In this document: positions 26,787 through 40,624 of the stretch, piece after piece
Layout: each line of letters begins with the position of its first letter
How positions within the stretch are numbered: position 1 is the stretch's first letter
Source: Lepidodermella squamata
Taxonomy: Eukaryota > Animalia > Gastrotricha
DNA: 64,000 bases
Direction of reading: 5' to 3'
NCBI GenBank assembly: GCA_047495785.1
Contig: JBLDXI010000004.1
Coordinates: 248,001 to 312,000 of the forward strand
The notes under the pieces: model-generated
What the model was told of the DNA's origin: nothing
The model's database searches: none
Seen by the model: the letters and a program-made list of their open reading frames with translations, nothing else
Translations under genes and position numbers: made by a program

Positions 26787-26990
26787 CTGGCTTGAATAAT
26801 TAGTGAGCAGAGAAACTTCATTTATTCGTTATTTGATGACTTTTGATGCGGTGAGCTGATGTTGCGTGAGAAAAAAATCACTAATAAAGTATTTTCTCGG
26901 TATTAAATGGAACCGTTATGATGACTATCTTATCAGTTCTGATATGCTGCGTCACAATTTTGCAATATTCAATGTTTAGATATATACAAA

Positions 26991-28577
26991 ATGCCTTATC
27001 ATCTCGAAACTATGCTGATGGCGCTTCTTATGCTGGCTTCGAGCAACGTGGCTTGGGGCAAGCAGCAGTTGAGCTGGGTTCGGTGCTTCTCGCAGCAAAG
27101 CAACAGATTCACCAGCTGCGTTCCAGCTTCGGATGGCTGCGATCCACTCAAAGAATTTCAGGTATCAGCTACTCAATTATTAATGTGAAAGCACCAACTA
27201 GATTGTTTCGTTGACAGTGGGGCTCAGTTTTCCGAACCACCGGCGTCTGTAACACTGGGGTATGTTTATTGTTTTTTGATCATAAGCCTTGCTTCAAAAG
27301 CAACCTGTCTTCTTTACAGAATGCTCGAATGTGCTACAAATACAAAGCTATGACCACCTTTTGCGTTCCTGGAAACATCGGCTGTAACAATCCTGGTGAT
27401 ATGAATGTATGCCCTAATACTCGCCACCAATACTCACTACTTCATCATAATAAAAATTGTCAACAAATGTTCTAAAATTCAGGATGATCAGCGAATTTTG
27501 AAATAAATATATTTTAATATAAATAAGTTTTTCAGACTTTCTGGTTCGACGATCAGACGCCGACTTTGAGCCTAAAGTACAACCTCAACGAATGTGAGAA
27601 GAAACGAGCTGTTTTCGATGTGAGAAATCCGACAACGCCTGGGCAATTAATAATTGGTGTCTTTCTCTTTCAGAAATTTCAATTCCGGCGATGCACTTCT
27701 AGCGGCACTATTAGAACCTGTGTTCCGGACCCGTACACTTGCCCCGAAAACTGGGTAAGTTTCTTGTTCTGTATTCAACGTATTTCGCTAATTTCTGTGA
27801 TTTTTCTAACACAAATTGGAAATTCTCAAAAATCAAAAAGTTGTTCTTATCTATGATATAGCAGTATCAGAGCATTTCTCCTAGTCTGAACGTTTCATCG
27901 GTGCATTTTGTAATCTCTCTGCTTGACCCACGCGCAGGTCACTGAGGCAACGCTGTTCCCGAATTTGACGTCTTGCATTAACAATTCCGTAATATCGACG
28001 TCTGTGAGTAACTTTGGGAAATATAATTTGAAATCCCACTGTGAAATTTCTGTTTCTGCAGTCCAGCTTTTACCGATGCGTCGACAAAAGTGGCGGGGCA
28101 GTCCATTGCGTACCCCAGTCGACTGGCTGCAATGCGGCAACTCAGCTACGAATCCCAGCTAATGCTGCCTACTTGGACGAGCACAGCTGCAAAAATGTGA
28201 CTAAGAAGTACATAGTCTTAGAGCTGATCGCTAATAAGACCATGGCCGTCTCGGGCTGCATCGAAGCCAATGCGACGCTGGCCACGGTTAGGTCAGACGA
28301 GGAGCTGGCAATAGCTAAACAAACTATGAGCGCGGCAAATGCTACTTATACGTGGATCAGTCTCATTCGGATAAACGGCGTATTCAGATGGGACGATGGT
28401 TCCGATTTCAATTACGTGGAATCGCAGTGGTCTCCTTCCGAAATTCCTCTAAATGGCTGCTTCATTTTAGAGTATATTACTCCGCAAATTGATGTAGTCA
28501 CAGTCGACGGCTACTACTATATTACAGTGCCTTGTGAGTCTTTTATGGACCATGTTTTGTGCGAAATGTTTGCGTAA
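26991..28577 (+). CDS. Secreted Cys-module/CTLD protein, copy 4 (348 aa; 4 modules + CTLD)
   Basis: Exons 26991-27161, 27218-27259, 27320-27406, 27536-27619, 27674-27754, 27938-28003, 28062-28577; all GT-AG, all phase 0, in frame. Confidence 0.88.
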
Positions 28578-30340
28578 CGCGGATGGGCTTTAAATCTGAG
28601 TTCACCAGTAGAGATGAGTTGTGTGATGAAGTAAAACAGCATCAGTAGCGATGACATAAAACAAACACAGCAAACTGAAGAACTTTCTGTATCTTTTGAT
28701 GTTTACCGGAGCCGAACTCCGATGCCTTATTTTTTATAATAATTGAGTTTCATTCAAGTTTCGAACCGATAATTATCGCGGAATTTCAGCCATTCTTCGA
28801 AGAAACAAAATTTGCCGCGAAATATTTGCGTAGCTGGTTCGAAATTTCCTTGTTGTATGAGTTGAGTCATCAGGCAGTAATCAGAAATGCCGTTCGGACT
28901 TGGTCCCTGCGTCGAGGATTCCATGGCGAAGATTTGCAGCTGAGGAAACAGAGCGCGGGTTCAAATCCCTCTGGCAAAACACTCATAAGCCATGTTTCTT
29001 CGAAGCTGAATGACCATTAGCCTTAATAGGTAATAGGCGATTCGCCGAATTCGACAGATTTTCTTATCATAAATGAGTCATTATCAGATGAAACGTAGAG
29101 AACTGAGTGAAAACAATCGATATCCGTCTTAATTTTTAGTCAACCGAAGGAAGAAGAATTCTTCGGTTTTCGAGTCCAGTTTGTCCCCAAATCTATCGTA
29201 TAAAGGATAAAAAAAGATCGTGTCTTACCGGTCCGGCTCGTTGTCTTCATTTAGGACTCTTTGGATCACTCATCTTCCATTTTTGGCAATTATTGCAGTG
29301 CCCAAATATGGAGTTGAAATATAAAAAAATTTGACATGCCCAGAACTTTTGTTCAAATTGATTTAATCTTGTTTACGCTTTCGATTTTTGGAGATTTTCA
29401 AAATTGTGACTGATGCAACAAATTGGTCGGACCACTCACAATTAAAGCTAAAACCACAAATATAGATTCTCTGGCAAATCGTTTACTACTGTCTCTTGAC
29501 TTATGATTGCTGGTAACGCAATTTATTGACGGTTCATTAATGTATTTTGTATTTTGTTCTTCTTAAAAAAAAAGAATTATGAAGGTGGCATGACCAGGAG
29601 CAGGGGTTTTGCTTTATTTCGAGTTTCTGAGTTAGAAGATGTCTTACTCAGATAACACTTGCTCAGGTTGAGTGAAAGCTTTGACTTGAAAATGATCCTG
29701 GTGTTACTGCTGCTGATATCCGGATCGAATTAGCTGCATGAATGTTTCTGCTGAGTTAACATCATCAACTCTTTGAATGATACGGCAGAGGATTGAAGAA
29801 TTGAGCGATTGACTGCGGACATGAATGATGAAGAAAAGCAACAGGTTGCCACCATGTCATGAGTTGATGAGTATTTAAGTGAGTTGATTTTAATTGAAAT
29901 GTTTGTCTGTATCTAGTCCAGTTGCTATACTGTATTCGTTTCGAATTAATCAATCGGTATCATCAAATGAAGTGGGGTTAATCATGATGAGAATTTACCA
30001 TCGAAGTTCATCAGAAGACGAGTGATTCCGGTCTGCTTCAAGGTAATTTATTGTTTCAAGTGATATCAAATTATCACTATTCCCAAGTTTATATGCTTCA
30101 AAGTTGTGCTACAAGATTGATAGGTTTATATAAAGAGTATATCCACAATCAGACCGAGTTTCAATATTTCACGCCATCTTAGTAAGAAACGAAGTCACGG
30201 AGGCATTGTCAATTGAAATGCGACACGATTGACTAGATTAGTTTCTGAAATTCCGCCATAATTGATGAGAAGTAGTTGCAGAAAATATTAGATGAAAAAA
30301 ATGATATTAATCGAGCGCGTCATCTAACATTTGCTACATA

Positions 30341-31015
30341 CAGTAAAAGTCGTGTAAACCGGACTAGCAGCGCGCCAGGCAAAATCGTCCGGTTTAGAGC
30401 GAATCCGGTCTATACGACCACCGGGCTAAGTCCGGCTTAGGAAGTCGAAGTCTAAATCGAAGTCTAATCGACATAGTTCGGCCAGGATTCCTGGCCGAAC
30501 TATGTCGAACTAAATGTTTCGGCTAGGTTCGGCCTACGATTTAGCCGGCATTTTTTCATTTGGAATTCACGGAAGTTCCTGAAACTCCCAAAAATCCCAA
30601 TCCACTACCTTGATTTAGGTATTCACTGATCAATTATATCTTGTAACAAGGGATATCGTATTATTCACAAAAAAGTATATAAGCAGAGTTAATCGTCATT
30701 ATATTTCATAAGCAGAGGATCATCCAAACTTGGCTGTCATAAGCTTCATAAGCAACACCAAGGTTAACGCCTCGGAAGAGCCTGGTTCCAAGCGTTTTGA
30801 AAATGACGAAAAATAAGTAAAAAAGGGTCTAAACCGGACTTTTTAACCTTCCCACGTCTAAAATCGCTCCGAATTAGGAAAAGTCCGGTTTACAGAGTCC
30901 GGTTTAGACGACAAATTTATTATGTAAAGTCCACACTTTCTGCAAGAGCCTCTGAAATCCGTCCGGTTTAGAGAAATTCCGGTTTAGACGACTCCGGTTT
31001 ACACAAATTTTACTG
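30341..31015. mobile_element. Tc1/mariner-pogo-type MITE
   Basis: TA|CAGTAAAA..TTTTACTG|TA; repeated TCCGGTTTA motifs; internal hairpin near 30469-30507. Confidence 0.8.
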
Positions 31016-32259
31016 TAGTTCAATAACACAACTGTGTTCACATCGAATTTCAGCCGAAAATCATTTCAATCAATTTATTTACAACATTACACTTTCATTT
31101 ATGACTAGAGCTACGAATTCAGGACTAACTAGAAGATTAAATTGCCATTTTGAATTTTTTGATAGATTTTTCTGCCCTTGTGAAAATAATTCAGCACTCA
31201 TTTTAGCTAGCATGATCGTATTTCCGTGTTTTTTGTATCACTTACTTATGGGACACGATGTTAAACGATGGGAATTCAGGTTAGGATTTTATTTGTATTG
31301 TATGGAGGTTCTGTTTTATTGGTTTAATTTCATAGTGATGAGTGATGACGATGTGTATTTTATCCGGCGAGATGCTGCCGATATTGCCGTAATGCAGGAT
31401 GAGAGTAATTTGTTAATTTTCATTTTTTTTTATTTTCTTAGTTTTATTTATTCCGATTTTTCGTTCTATTAATTCATATTAATTTAAGGTTTTCCTAGTT
31501 TTTAAAAAATTCGCTAAATTCTTGATTTCATATAATTGAAAATATCGTTAGATGATACCATCCTCCCAGAAGGGTTTGGGCTAGTTGCTGATGAAGAAGC
31601 TATTATTTTACTATTTAATTTCAGAATTATTTGGTTATCCTAGGTTTGATTCCATATCAAATTTTTTTTCGCAAAATGAATGCAAAGTTTTCATGTTTAA
31701 ATTACAGGAAGAAGCACCCCTTGAATTGAAGGCCTTCATGTATAATATATGGTTTGCATATTTTAGGATTATTTTAAACAATCATAATGGAGAGTCGAAC
31801 CTGCGAGAACGCTTCCGAGAAATAATGTGTGCAATTGATGCGTAACAAAGCGCTTTCCGACTCGCCCGACTCACCCTCGATACCACAATCGCTGTTATCC
31901 TCTTCATCCTGAAATCAGAGAATTTGCTGAAAATGCAAGTCCACTAGTCGCTATGATTCAATGGTGGAAATTTGAGGATCTAGCCGTAGCTGAATTGGGC
32001 TGTGGAGTTCCTACCGCGTTTTTAACTTCACAAATTTTAGCCATTTAAAATTGATTCTTTTTCAGGAAAATGAGAAGAGATTGCCCAACCTTCTTGATTT
32101 ATCGCATTACCTTTTCTCAAGGGAAAATAAATTTATAGAATTAATTTCGGTATAGAATAATCTTTGGAATTATTTATTTCCGCAAAAATTCGCGCAAAAT
32201 CGTAGTGTCATTGATCGAAATTAATGTATTGAGTTAGTTATCCTATTTTCATAATTTAC

Positions 32260-35200
32260 CTCGGCAGTAAGTAGCGGTGATTTTTTCGTCGTTAAATCGA
32301 ACATGTTGCTTTGCCTTGATTTTTCTTCTCGCAACACTGCTCGGCGTACCACTTTATGGGCGCTTGCTGTTTTTTCTGTCGCCCTTCCACTCATGACCTG
32401 AGAGGTTGAAAGACGTATGAGCCTACAAGGATGGAGATAAAATATCGGAAATATAATTATTTGTCGAACTTTCTGGCTGCCTCCACGGGGTCTTTTTCCT
32501 CGTCAGCTGCGCCATAGCGCCTTGCCACCTCGCCGTAGGTTCCTTGGGGACCAGGAAACCACAATTCTACCGAGGCTCCTACTACCGGAGCTTTGTTGTG
32601 GTAACACATAACTCGGTTGGCAAAATCGTCTGTGGTGAACTGCAAACCATCTTCTACGCGACGCTTTCGCTTCATGCAGCGAGCAGACGGTTCGAGCTCC
32701 TCGTACTGCTTGGTAGCAGGTCGACCCAATTTTACCTGTTTTGGTAGCTAAAAAAGCAATGAGCTGTTTCACTTCAGGCGTATCAATTACAAGTTTGCTG
32801 GTCGGCAAGGCAATGTTCAGCTTTTCCGCGGTGTATACCTGAGAACAATAAAATTAAATAAAACAAGTTTCCAAATTTTCCAATTTTTGTTGCGAAAAAA
32901 AGCAATAGTCCGCAAGTTGTTTGCAGAATCTGCCTGTTCGACCCTGGGGGCAGGAACACAGCCAATCTTGTACGTTCACAACGTAGGTATCGTTAGCAAC
33001 AGTGGTAAGGTCGACAATAAGGCCATTCACTCGAGGTTCGAAAGACTTCTCTTTGACTGATTTATAACGAATAAAATTCGTCTTAATTTTCCTTCGGTCT
33101 CCGCAAAATTCAAGCAGCTTGCGCTCAAAAAACTTTTCGAAATCGACAACGATGTAATGTGCCAAGGTGACGGGATTGAATGCTCGAACTCGGCATAGTA
33201 TCACGTCCTTAAAAATTCCGACGACTCTGAAACTTCACAATTAAATCTTAATTAAATCGCATTTTTTTTTAATATTTTTTGGTCGTTTTTTTACTTTAAA
33301 AGGACATCCTTTTGGTCAATATTTGAAGTCATGGGAAATTTATTCAATTTTCAGGAATCCACAGGATTTACTAAATGTTTATTTTTTACTGAATGTTTTA
33401 TTTTAAATTACCTCTAAAAAATCTAAATTTTCCTTCGAAATAAAGAAAATACCTCTCAACCAAATTGTTCGTCATCGCTCCATGACATTCTGGCGGTCGA
33501 AAGGCCAAAACGAATTTCTTGGATCTCTTGAGATAGCCAGAAAGATAAACCCGCCAATTTTCGAAGCGGGCAGTCACAGGTGACTGCAGTACAGCCGATC
33601 TAGCCCTCTGATACGCTTCATCGTCAGATGCATAAACAAGGTCGTGAACCACTTAAAAGTTAAAATAATCAAGAAAGAGAGAAATAATTATTTTGCGGAA
33701 ATTGAGAAAATTTACGTTCAATTAAGGTGATGGCGTCATCAATTCCAATTTTATTCTTCGAGTTAATCAGCCACCGCCGAATAGCCTTGATTTTATAACC
33801 GGTTAAATTATATACCATCAACAACAAACAAAATTACCTGAAGGATGTGAAACGCGCAAAGAAGGCGACGGGCATTTGGAAAGACAGACCCTAGAGCAGC
33901 TTGCTCAGCATCACTATCATCAGTGATGACAACTTTCGGGTCGATGCCGCGTTTTTTGCCATCGAGAAAGCAAGCCTGAAAAATGTAAGAAAATTACTGA
34001 GAAAAAATAATTGGAATATCCTTAATATTTGAAAATGGATATTTATGCATTTTCAGAAAATTAAACAATCATTTTTTAATTTATTTCAAAATTGTAGTCG
34101 TTTTGCAGGAAGTTTGCATGGAAAAATGTGGAATACAACTTTTTCCAATTCGGTTGATAAAAAAATACTTTATTTAGTTTTCAGAATTTTTCCGAATTTT
34201 CAGAACTTTTGATAAAAAACGATTTCCAGATTTTTCGAATTAGACGAAAACAGGATAATAAATAAAAATGATTCGCGAGTTGTAGCAACCTACTTATAGC
34301 AGTCTTCGGTTTGAGAAGAATGAATAGCCGTCGCAATAGGCAGGGCCCCGAGTGAAGACCCGCTGACAAGTAAGGTCAAGGGTTTATTGAGTAGTTCGCA
34401 GCTCGCTGTTGAATCAACAAATAAAGTATCCTTAGCCTCCTCCACATTTTCCAGGACCCTTTTCATAAGTCCTGTTTGGATAATCAGGCACCAGATATCC
34501 TCTCCATAAGAAGTGCGACTTTTAGAAAAATCAGCAATATCAGGGTGCTGATCGGCGAATTCCTGCAATTTTTCCAACATTGATTCGCCGCCTCGACCGC
34601 CATGTTCAGCGACTTGAATGCTCGTAGCCAAATGATGCCAGTCAGTTTTGGTCGGACAAATCGATCGATTGCTGCTGATCTTCAGCCAATCCTCGCCGTT
34701 GTGCTTCTCTTCCAAGGCATTGAGAAACGCAGTTGAAGCCATGGCAACTGTCCCATATTGCTTCAGATATTCGGCCATCTCATCCTTCAAAGTCTGTGGT
34801 ACCCTCCTCCACCTTAAAGCTGACAAGGTCCCGATATTATGATTGTGATGTCAATCGATTTGAATCTCCGTAGGATGACTCAGAAGCAGCGGATCGTTGT
34901 GCAGGCGCTTTCTAGCCGCATCTCGAATCCGAGGGTCGTCGCCATTGACAAGAGGGGCTTTCTCGATAAAAGAAATGGAACACTCGCAATCGGTGACTTT
35001 ACTAGCAAATGGGGCGCCACTCTTAGTAGTGGTTTTCCGAACAGCTACCTCACCCTCAGTAGCATTTCAACGCTTAGACAAATCAGGACCGGAATTATGG
35101 TCTGCATGATCGCAAACTAAGTCTTCTCGAGCCCGTATCTTGACTTGTTTAAGTTTACGAGAAACTTGAGAAGCCGCCTCAAATTGCACGTCCAAAGTTT

Positions 35201-35297
35201 GCTCAAGATCCATCTTGAGACCAGCCCATTCACCTGAAACCATTGCTATTCGAAGTTTCATCGACCACTTGGCTTCAGATTCGAAATCTAGCTTCAT
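32260..35297 (-). mobile_element. Intron-containing MULE (Mutator) transposase with SWIM finger, probably degraded
   Basis: LFVDSTASC..GALPIA, VITDDSDAEQAAL..FPNARRLLCAFHILQ, TNNLVE and SWIM-like CSCPQGRTGRFCK; apparent frameshifts. Boundaries approximate. Confidence 0.85.
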
Positions 35298-37120
35298 CAG
35301 CTTTTTCTTGAAAATAATTCGGCAAATTATCTACGATGCAAGGTGGCAAAACAGACGAAATTTTCGTCCCCGTTTTGTCTGCCTCAAAATGAATTTCATT
35401 CATTCTAAAAATCCGATAAAAAAAATCTAAAATTCGTAGAATAATTTTTCATAATTCAAAATAAATTTATTAAAATTGCTGGAATATGAAATTCCTTCCG
35501 CATCTTCAGTGGCTTAAAATGGCTGTTTACCCGCAGTTGAGAAAATATTCGCTCATAAAATAATGAAAATCGACAGCAATTAACGTGCGATATGAAAAAA
35601 CTCAATGATAGTAAATAGTAGTACTTTTATTACTGCTAGTTTTTCGCTTCTTTGTAGTTTTCTTCACAGTCGGCAGAGCAAGCATTTTTGTTATAGAAGA
35701 GCATTTTAGCACAGCAAACCGCGATCACTGAAAAAAGACGGGAAAATGTTCAAAATTATAGCAATAATTTTTAGAAAACTAGAAAAACTCACTGAATAAT
35801 GCGATGTATAGATAATCTTCTGCTACGGTAATAGCTATTAAGTCTCAAATGCGGAGAATTTACTTTTATTATTTATTATCGTCATCAACCAAAAATGCGT
35901 TTCAAATTAAAATTATCAGACAATATTAAACCAGCATTTTCCTCTGCTAATCGAACGGGAAACGAATTCGAAGGTCTTCATTTTTATTTCAAATTTCGAT
36001 ATTTTTATTTTGCTTACAAAAATTCCTGTTACGAGAAAGCCGACAAGTCCCTGCGTGACTCCGCGAAAATACAAGTAAATAAATGAAAACAGCCAAGTTC
36101 TTGGACGTTTTATTGAAGGCTGGCATTAGTGGGCGGTTTTCTGTCGCTTGGCCAATTTTTGGGCCGACCAATGGCGTGAGTGCGCTACAATTTTCATCGT
36201 AAACGGCCAATTTCGAGGTTTTTAGCAGCCGGAGGAAACCACCGCGGATCCGTAAATGTGCGTTACCAGTTACCATCGGGGTTTTCCGGGTTTTCTTCGG
36301 TAAATTTTTCATTTCTTCGGTTAAATCGCGTAAGAAAAATTGAATATTCTCTCAGTTGGTTTAATTTAATAAAATTAGTTGAATTTTGTAGAAAAGATGC
36401 CAAGTAAAAAAATGCCTTAAGGAGGACGAATAGTCCATCTTCCCGCACAAGTGCGGGTCGATGACAACTGCGAGACAAGTGCCAAGGCAGTGCGGGATGA
36501 ATGCGGGATAAACTGATGCGGGGTGCGGAACAGACCCACAGCGTATATCCCGCAGGGATGCGGGAAGGCAACATGCGGGTAATGATGCGACATAACTTGA
36601 ACGTCATCACAAATAAACAAACACGTATTTCACGAAGCATGGCGTTTCCCGCCATTAATATAACAGTGCGTATTTCAGGGTTATTAAGCATTAAGCACAA
36701 TCGTTATTACTGTTTACGAATTTTCCTTTTCAATGCAGCAATAACTCATGTCACTGAAATGGGTTCAAATTCCGCTAATTTTATTAAGTTAGTTTCCATT
36801 CAACATAGAGAAAAATGATTAATATGTCTACGAGTAAGACTACTTCGAAGCCGTTCGAAGCTCGTCGTTGGCAGTCAACATCTGACAGCACGCGACCATA
36901 AAAACCGCTGCGCCTTCATCAAGTCATGAATGGTGCCACGTAGCAGTCGTGTGCCCATCGTGCTTGTCTGATTTTTTTCCATTGCAGCACGTTATTCTAT
37001 GTCGGTGTTAATAAACACATTTATTAATTCTCTTAAAATGTAGCAGTATCCGAAATCCGCTTTAAAAATCATCTATACTGAAAACGTGCATAGCTTTTTT
37101 TCTTTTCATCCAATAGAAAA

Positions 37121-37770
37121 ATGGTTACTATTGATCCGAGTAGAAGCTTTTCGAAGCCGTTGGATTTGTCGATGAGACGGTTAACAAAAGCAACTATTAT
37201 CTCGATTTCAACAATAGCTCCATGGGCGCTTTCAACATCGAATTTAAGCTATGGCGCAGTAATATCTACTCCAATTTCAGCTTCAAAAACAACTTCAACT
37301 ATCCCATTCGAGTCGTCAACTCATGATATTTCTCCAACGTCATCGGTAAATTTCATTTTGTTGATCAAACTCGTTTTTAATGAATATTTTTAAAGCGGGT
37401 CAAAACTACATCTCCCTCTTTTACTGCGTATTATGCTTGTGAAGAACCTCAAAAATTAAGAATCGTATGCGAGTTTTGTCCAAATCGGAGAATTTACACA
37501 ACACGTAGCGGCTTTCGTAATCACGTTAGAACCCGCCATTTCGAAAAATTCGCAGTGACGTGCTTCACGTGTTCGCAGCCATTCGAAAGTGCATCACAGC
37601 TCAGCCAGCACGCCCATCAGCACAGAAGCCTGGCCTCAATCGACCGGAAAATCAACCACGAGCGAAGCTCGGCGGCGTCGCAGGTCAACTTTTCAGCCAA
37701 TGGCTCTTTGGATTCGGATTTTTCTTCACATGGTGCAGTTTCGCCCAGCGAGCATATCGATGTGGAGTGA
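37121..37770 (+). CDS. Small two-C2H2 zinc-finger protein with a PLDLS motif (199 aa)
   Basis: Exons 37121-37345 and 37396-37770 (phase-0 GT-AG intron); CEFC..HVRTRH and CFTC..HAHQH fingers; N-terminal KPLDLS and S/T-rich linker. Confidence 0.7.
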
Positions 37771-38518
37771 GATTTATCGAGCGAGATGAACTAGGATGCA
37801 ATTTTGTTGGAAGTCTTGTCGTATTTACAATTTGAAATAAAATGAGAAGCGATAAACGTACGATCGCTCTGTTAGTATTTAGCTATAAATTTGATATTTT
37901 TTACTTTTATCCAAGCTAAAAATCATTTATTAAACATGAATCGGTCGTCCAGTGTCTACTTTCCGGCTTGGAGGATTAAGCCGGCCTGAATTCGAACATT
38001 CACTAAGAATCGAGAAACTCGAAACAAATTCCATTCGATTAGATTCCGTTCGATGTAACAGACTTCGACAACCCAAACCTGGATTCAATCTATAAATGGC
38101 TTCCTGCTAAATTTTCTGCCGGAAATTCTGCCATTGTGTCCTTCATTTTGCAGGTCCGCATACATTGTAGACTCTGGGTCGTGCAAATTCCATTCAAATT
38201 TAAACCATATGCAGGCAACTCGCTATACAATATTGCGTGACTGCTATGGACGGCTGTTTTATTTTACTATTTATTATACTAATTTTATGGATTATAAATA
38301 AAATAACGTATTGCCCTGCTTAATAACCAGGATTCTTGCACAGGTCATTGGGTTTTTGTTGTGCTGTTTTCATGTTGAAAAATTGAATGGGCACGTGCCG
38401 ATCGCCAGATGTTCACCGCCAGATGAAGATCGCGTGCCTAGCCTCCACTTTTTTTGAAAAGTAAAATGCCAGAACGAGCATTTCATTCATTCATATTTCT
38501 AATTCAAAATTTATTATT

Positions 38519-39643
38519 ATGGCTGTATTTATTCGTATTTTCCTCATCTTGAGCCTAACAACATCGGCCTATATCCACAAAAATTCGAAGCGATGCTTCT
38601 CCCGTTTCAATGACGCTTTCACTGGCTGTAAAGTCCTCGATGAAGTTCAAGCAAGCGTCTTATTCAACTTCCTATTTCGGACATTTGTAAATCCCACCTA
38701 GAAACGTCCAGGGTACAAATTCAAAAATTCCACGTTTTTCCCTAATTTCTTCAGCCAAGTTTAATAAAATAGATATTTAAATATTTAAATAAATAAAGCT
38801 TAAACAATTTGAAAATTTCTAAAATATTTTCTATGGCAACGCAATTATGGGCGGGGGGAGGGGGGCGGGATTTTGAATTTTCGTCCGGTAGCCGCGTCGC
38901 CTGACCTCCGCTTATGTTCTAGCGCAAAAACTATGATCGATAGATTGATTCTGTGAATTGCGCATGATCGAATTACTAAGAAACCGTTGAAAAAACAAGA
39001 GGTCAGAAAAATCGACTTTTTGGTCCTCCGGCGCCTTAGTACCCCTTAGGGGATATCTTGAGTCATCTCAGTGATCTCTCTGGATCTCTAACCGTGATAC
39101 CTGGAAGCTTAATATTGATTTTTGTGTTCACCGCACTTGATTTAGTAATGGAAAGATTTTCTCGAGAGAACATATCAACCCGGAATCATTTGAGAGGCAT
39201 GCAGGGCATGCAGGTGATCTCTAAGGACATCATGTCTTAGGATGAAGGAAGATCTTCTGAGACCAACAGAATACATTTGTTCTCTCTGAAAGATCTTTTG
39301 AATACTAAATCAAGTCCTGGGAGTCAGAAAATCAATAGTAGAAGCTCGGGCTCAAGTTTCCCTCGTTGGCGAGTTGCCGATGTGGCGTGAGTTGGCAAAG
39401 TTGTATTTTATTGTTTTCAATTAGATTTCGATTTCAGGCCGCTCGAAGCTGTTTCAACTACAAAAAAATCAACATGCGATGTATCCCTCGTAACCTCCGC
39501 TGTGATAAAAATGATGAAGTCATGGTTTGTGCTTGAGATTTCACATTAAAATAAAAAGCATATTATTCTTTAATAACAGACGGCAGGATTTCTTGGAGAC
39601 GTTTTCGGATCGCAGTATGAACTTTGCCGAACGACGATATTCG
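38519..39643 (+). pseudogene. Truncated Cys-module gene, copy 5 (first four exons; paralog of copy 6)
   Basis: Exons 38519-38650 (GC donor; third Cys deleted), 39345-39386, 39438-39524, 39580-~39643 match copy 6, then homology stops. Confidence 0.7.
39106..39346. mobile_element. Imperfect inverted-repeat element abutting the exon-2 acceptor of copy 5
   Basis: AGCTTAATATTGATTTT..ACTTGATTTAGTA..GAGAGAACA is mirrored at 39278-39346. Confidence 0.5.
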
Positions 39644-39709
39644 GTAATTACCCAAGTGGCGAGCTACGTTGTCGGCCTTGAATGCGCTGGGATAGGCCGC
39701 GTGATCTGA

Positions 39710-40624
39710 AACTGCTCGCTGGAGTATTCTCGCGGCCGATCGGATTCAGTCACGATCACGGATTCGAAGATGTGTTTCGCTGCCGATAACAGCGACGTTT
39801 GTTATGGCGATTCCGGGGGCCCTCTCACGTGCTTGCAATCGAGGAAGGCTTATCTTCTCGGCATTATTTCTAATGGCGATGATTCATGCAATGGATACAC
39901 TCCAGGCATCTACAGCAGAGTCTGCAAGGTTCTTAGTTGGATTTCAAACAATATGGATATTCCAAGCCAGACAAGAAGTACTCCAGCGGAGTCTTGTGCC
40001 GTACCGAATGTAACCGCTGGATTTGTGACCCGCGTTGACCCTGAAACTTCGCAAGACACCGGCGCAGTTCTTAAACCTGGAACTGCAGTGGACAAAGGCG
40101 GGGCTGTGAGCGTGAAATGCAACCCTGGCTACACATATTCGTCCTCTGTTTCGATTGCCTCGTGTTTTCCTCCATTTCGCCCGGTGATTAACGGGAGGTG
40201 TAACCCATTAAGTAAGTGTAATAGCAACTATTCTCAACCGATATTTCATACGTATGATGAAGACTGCGGCCCCGCTCCTGTATTTAGCAACGGCTATTGG
40301 ACAAACTCCAACAAATCCACATCTTACTTGTCCAAGATGACATTGGTGTGCAATGCAGGCTTCAAAATCGGCGGCAATGGTACAAGTCAATGCCTAGCAA
40401 ATGGCACTTGGTCCAAGGCTGGCAGCTGTGAAGCATTAGGTGGCTCATCTTCCAGAAATTCTGGCGTCCTAAAACAGCGAGGACCTGTAAGTCCTTCAGG
40501 AATATTACCACATAGACGAAATAGGTCCGCAGAACTGTTAGGGATCACGAAAATCGACAGAATTGTCCCCCTTAGGTCTTTGACTGAGCTGGCCGTGCGG
40601 ATCGATAGAATTTGTAGGGATTAG
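39710..40624 (+). pseudogene. C-terminal half of a trypsin-like serine protease + two CCP/sushi domains
   Basis: DVCYGDSGGPLTC, LLGIISNG, PGIYSRV..WI, then C..VKCNPGY..C and CGPAP..NG..CNAGFKIGG..CLANGTWS. Catalytic His/Asp half is absent; in-frame stop at 39707-39709. Confidence 0.8.

Noticed and set aside
28037-28043. CACTGTG before the CTLD exon of copy 4 as an RSS heptamer
   Set aside because: Not conserved in paralogs (CACCTGCG), no nonamer, and not abutting the exon.
28850-28975. GGTTCAAATCC B-box suggesting a tRNA
   Set aside because: No cloverleaf could be folded; at most a decayed SINE head.
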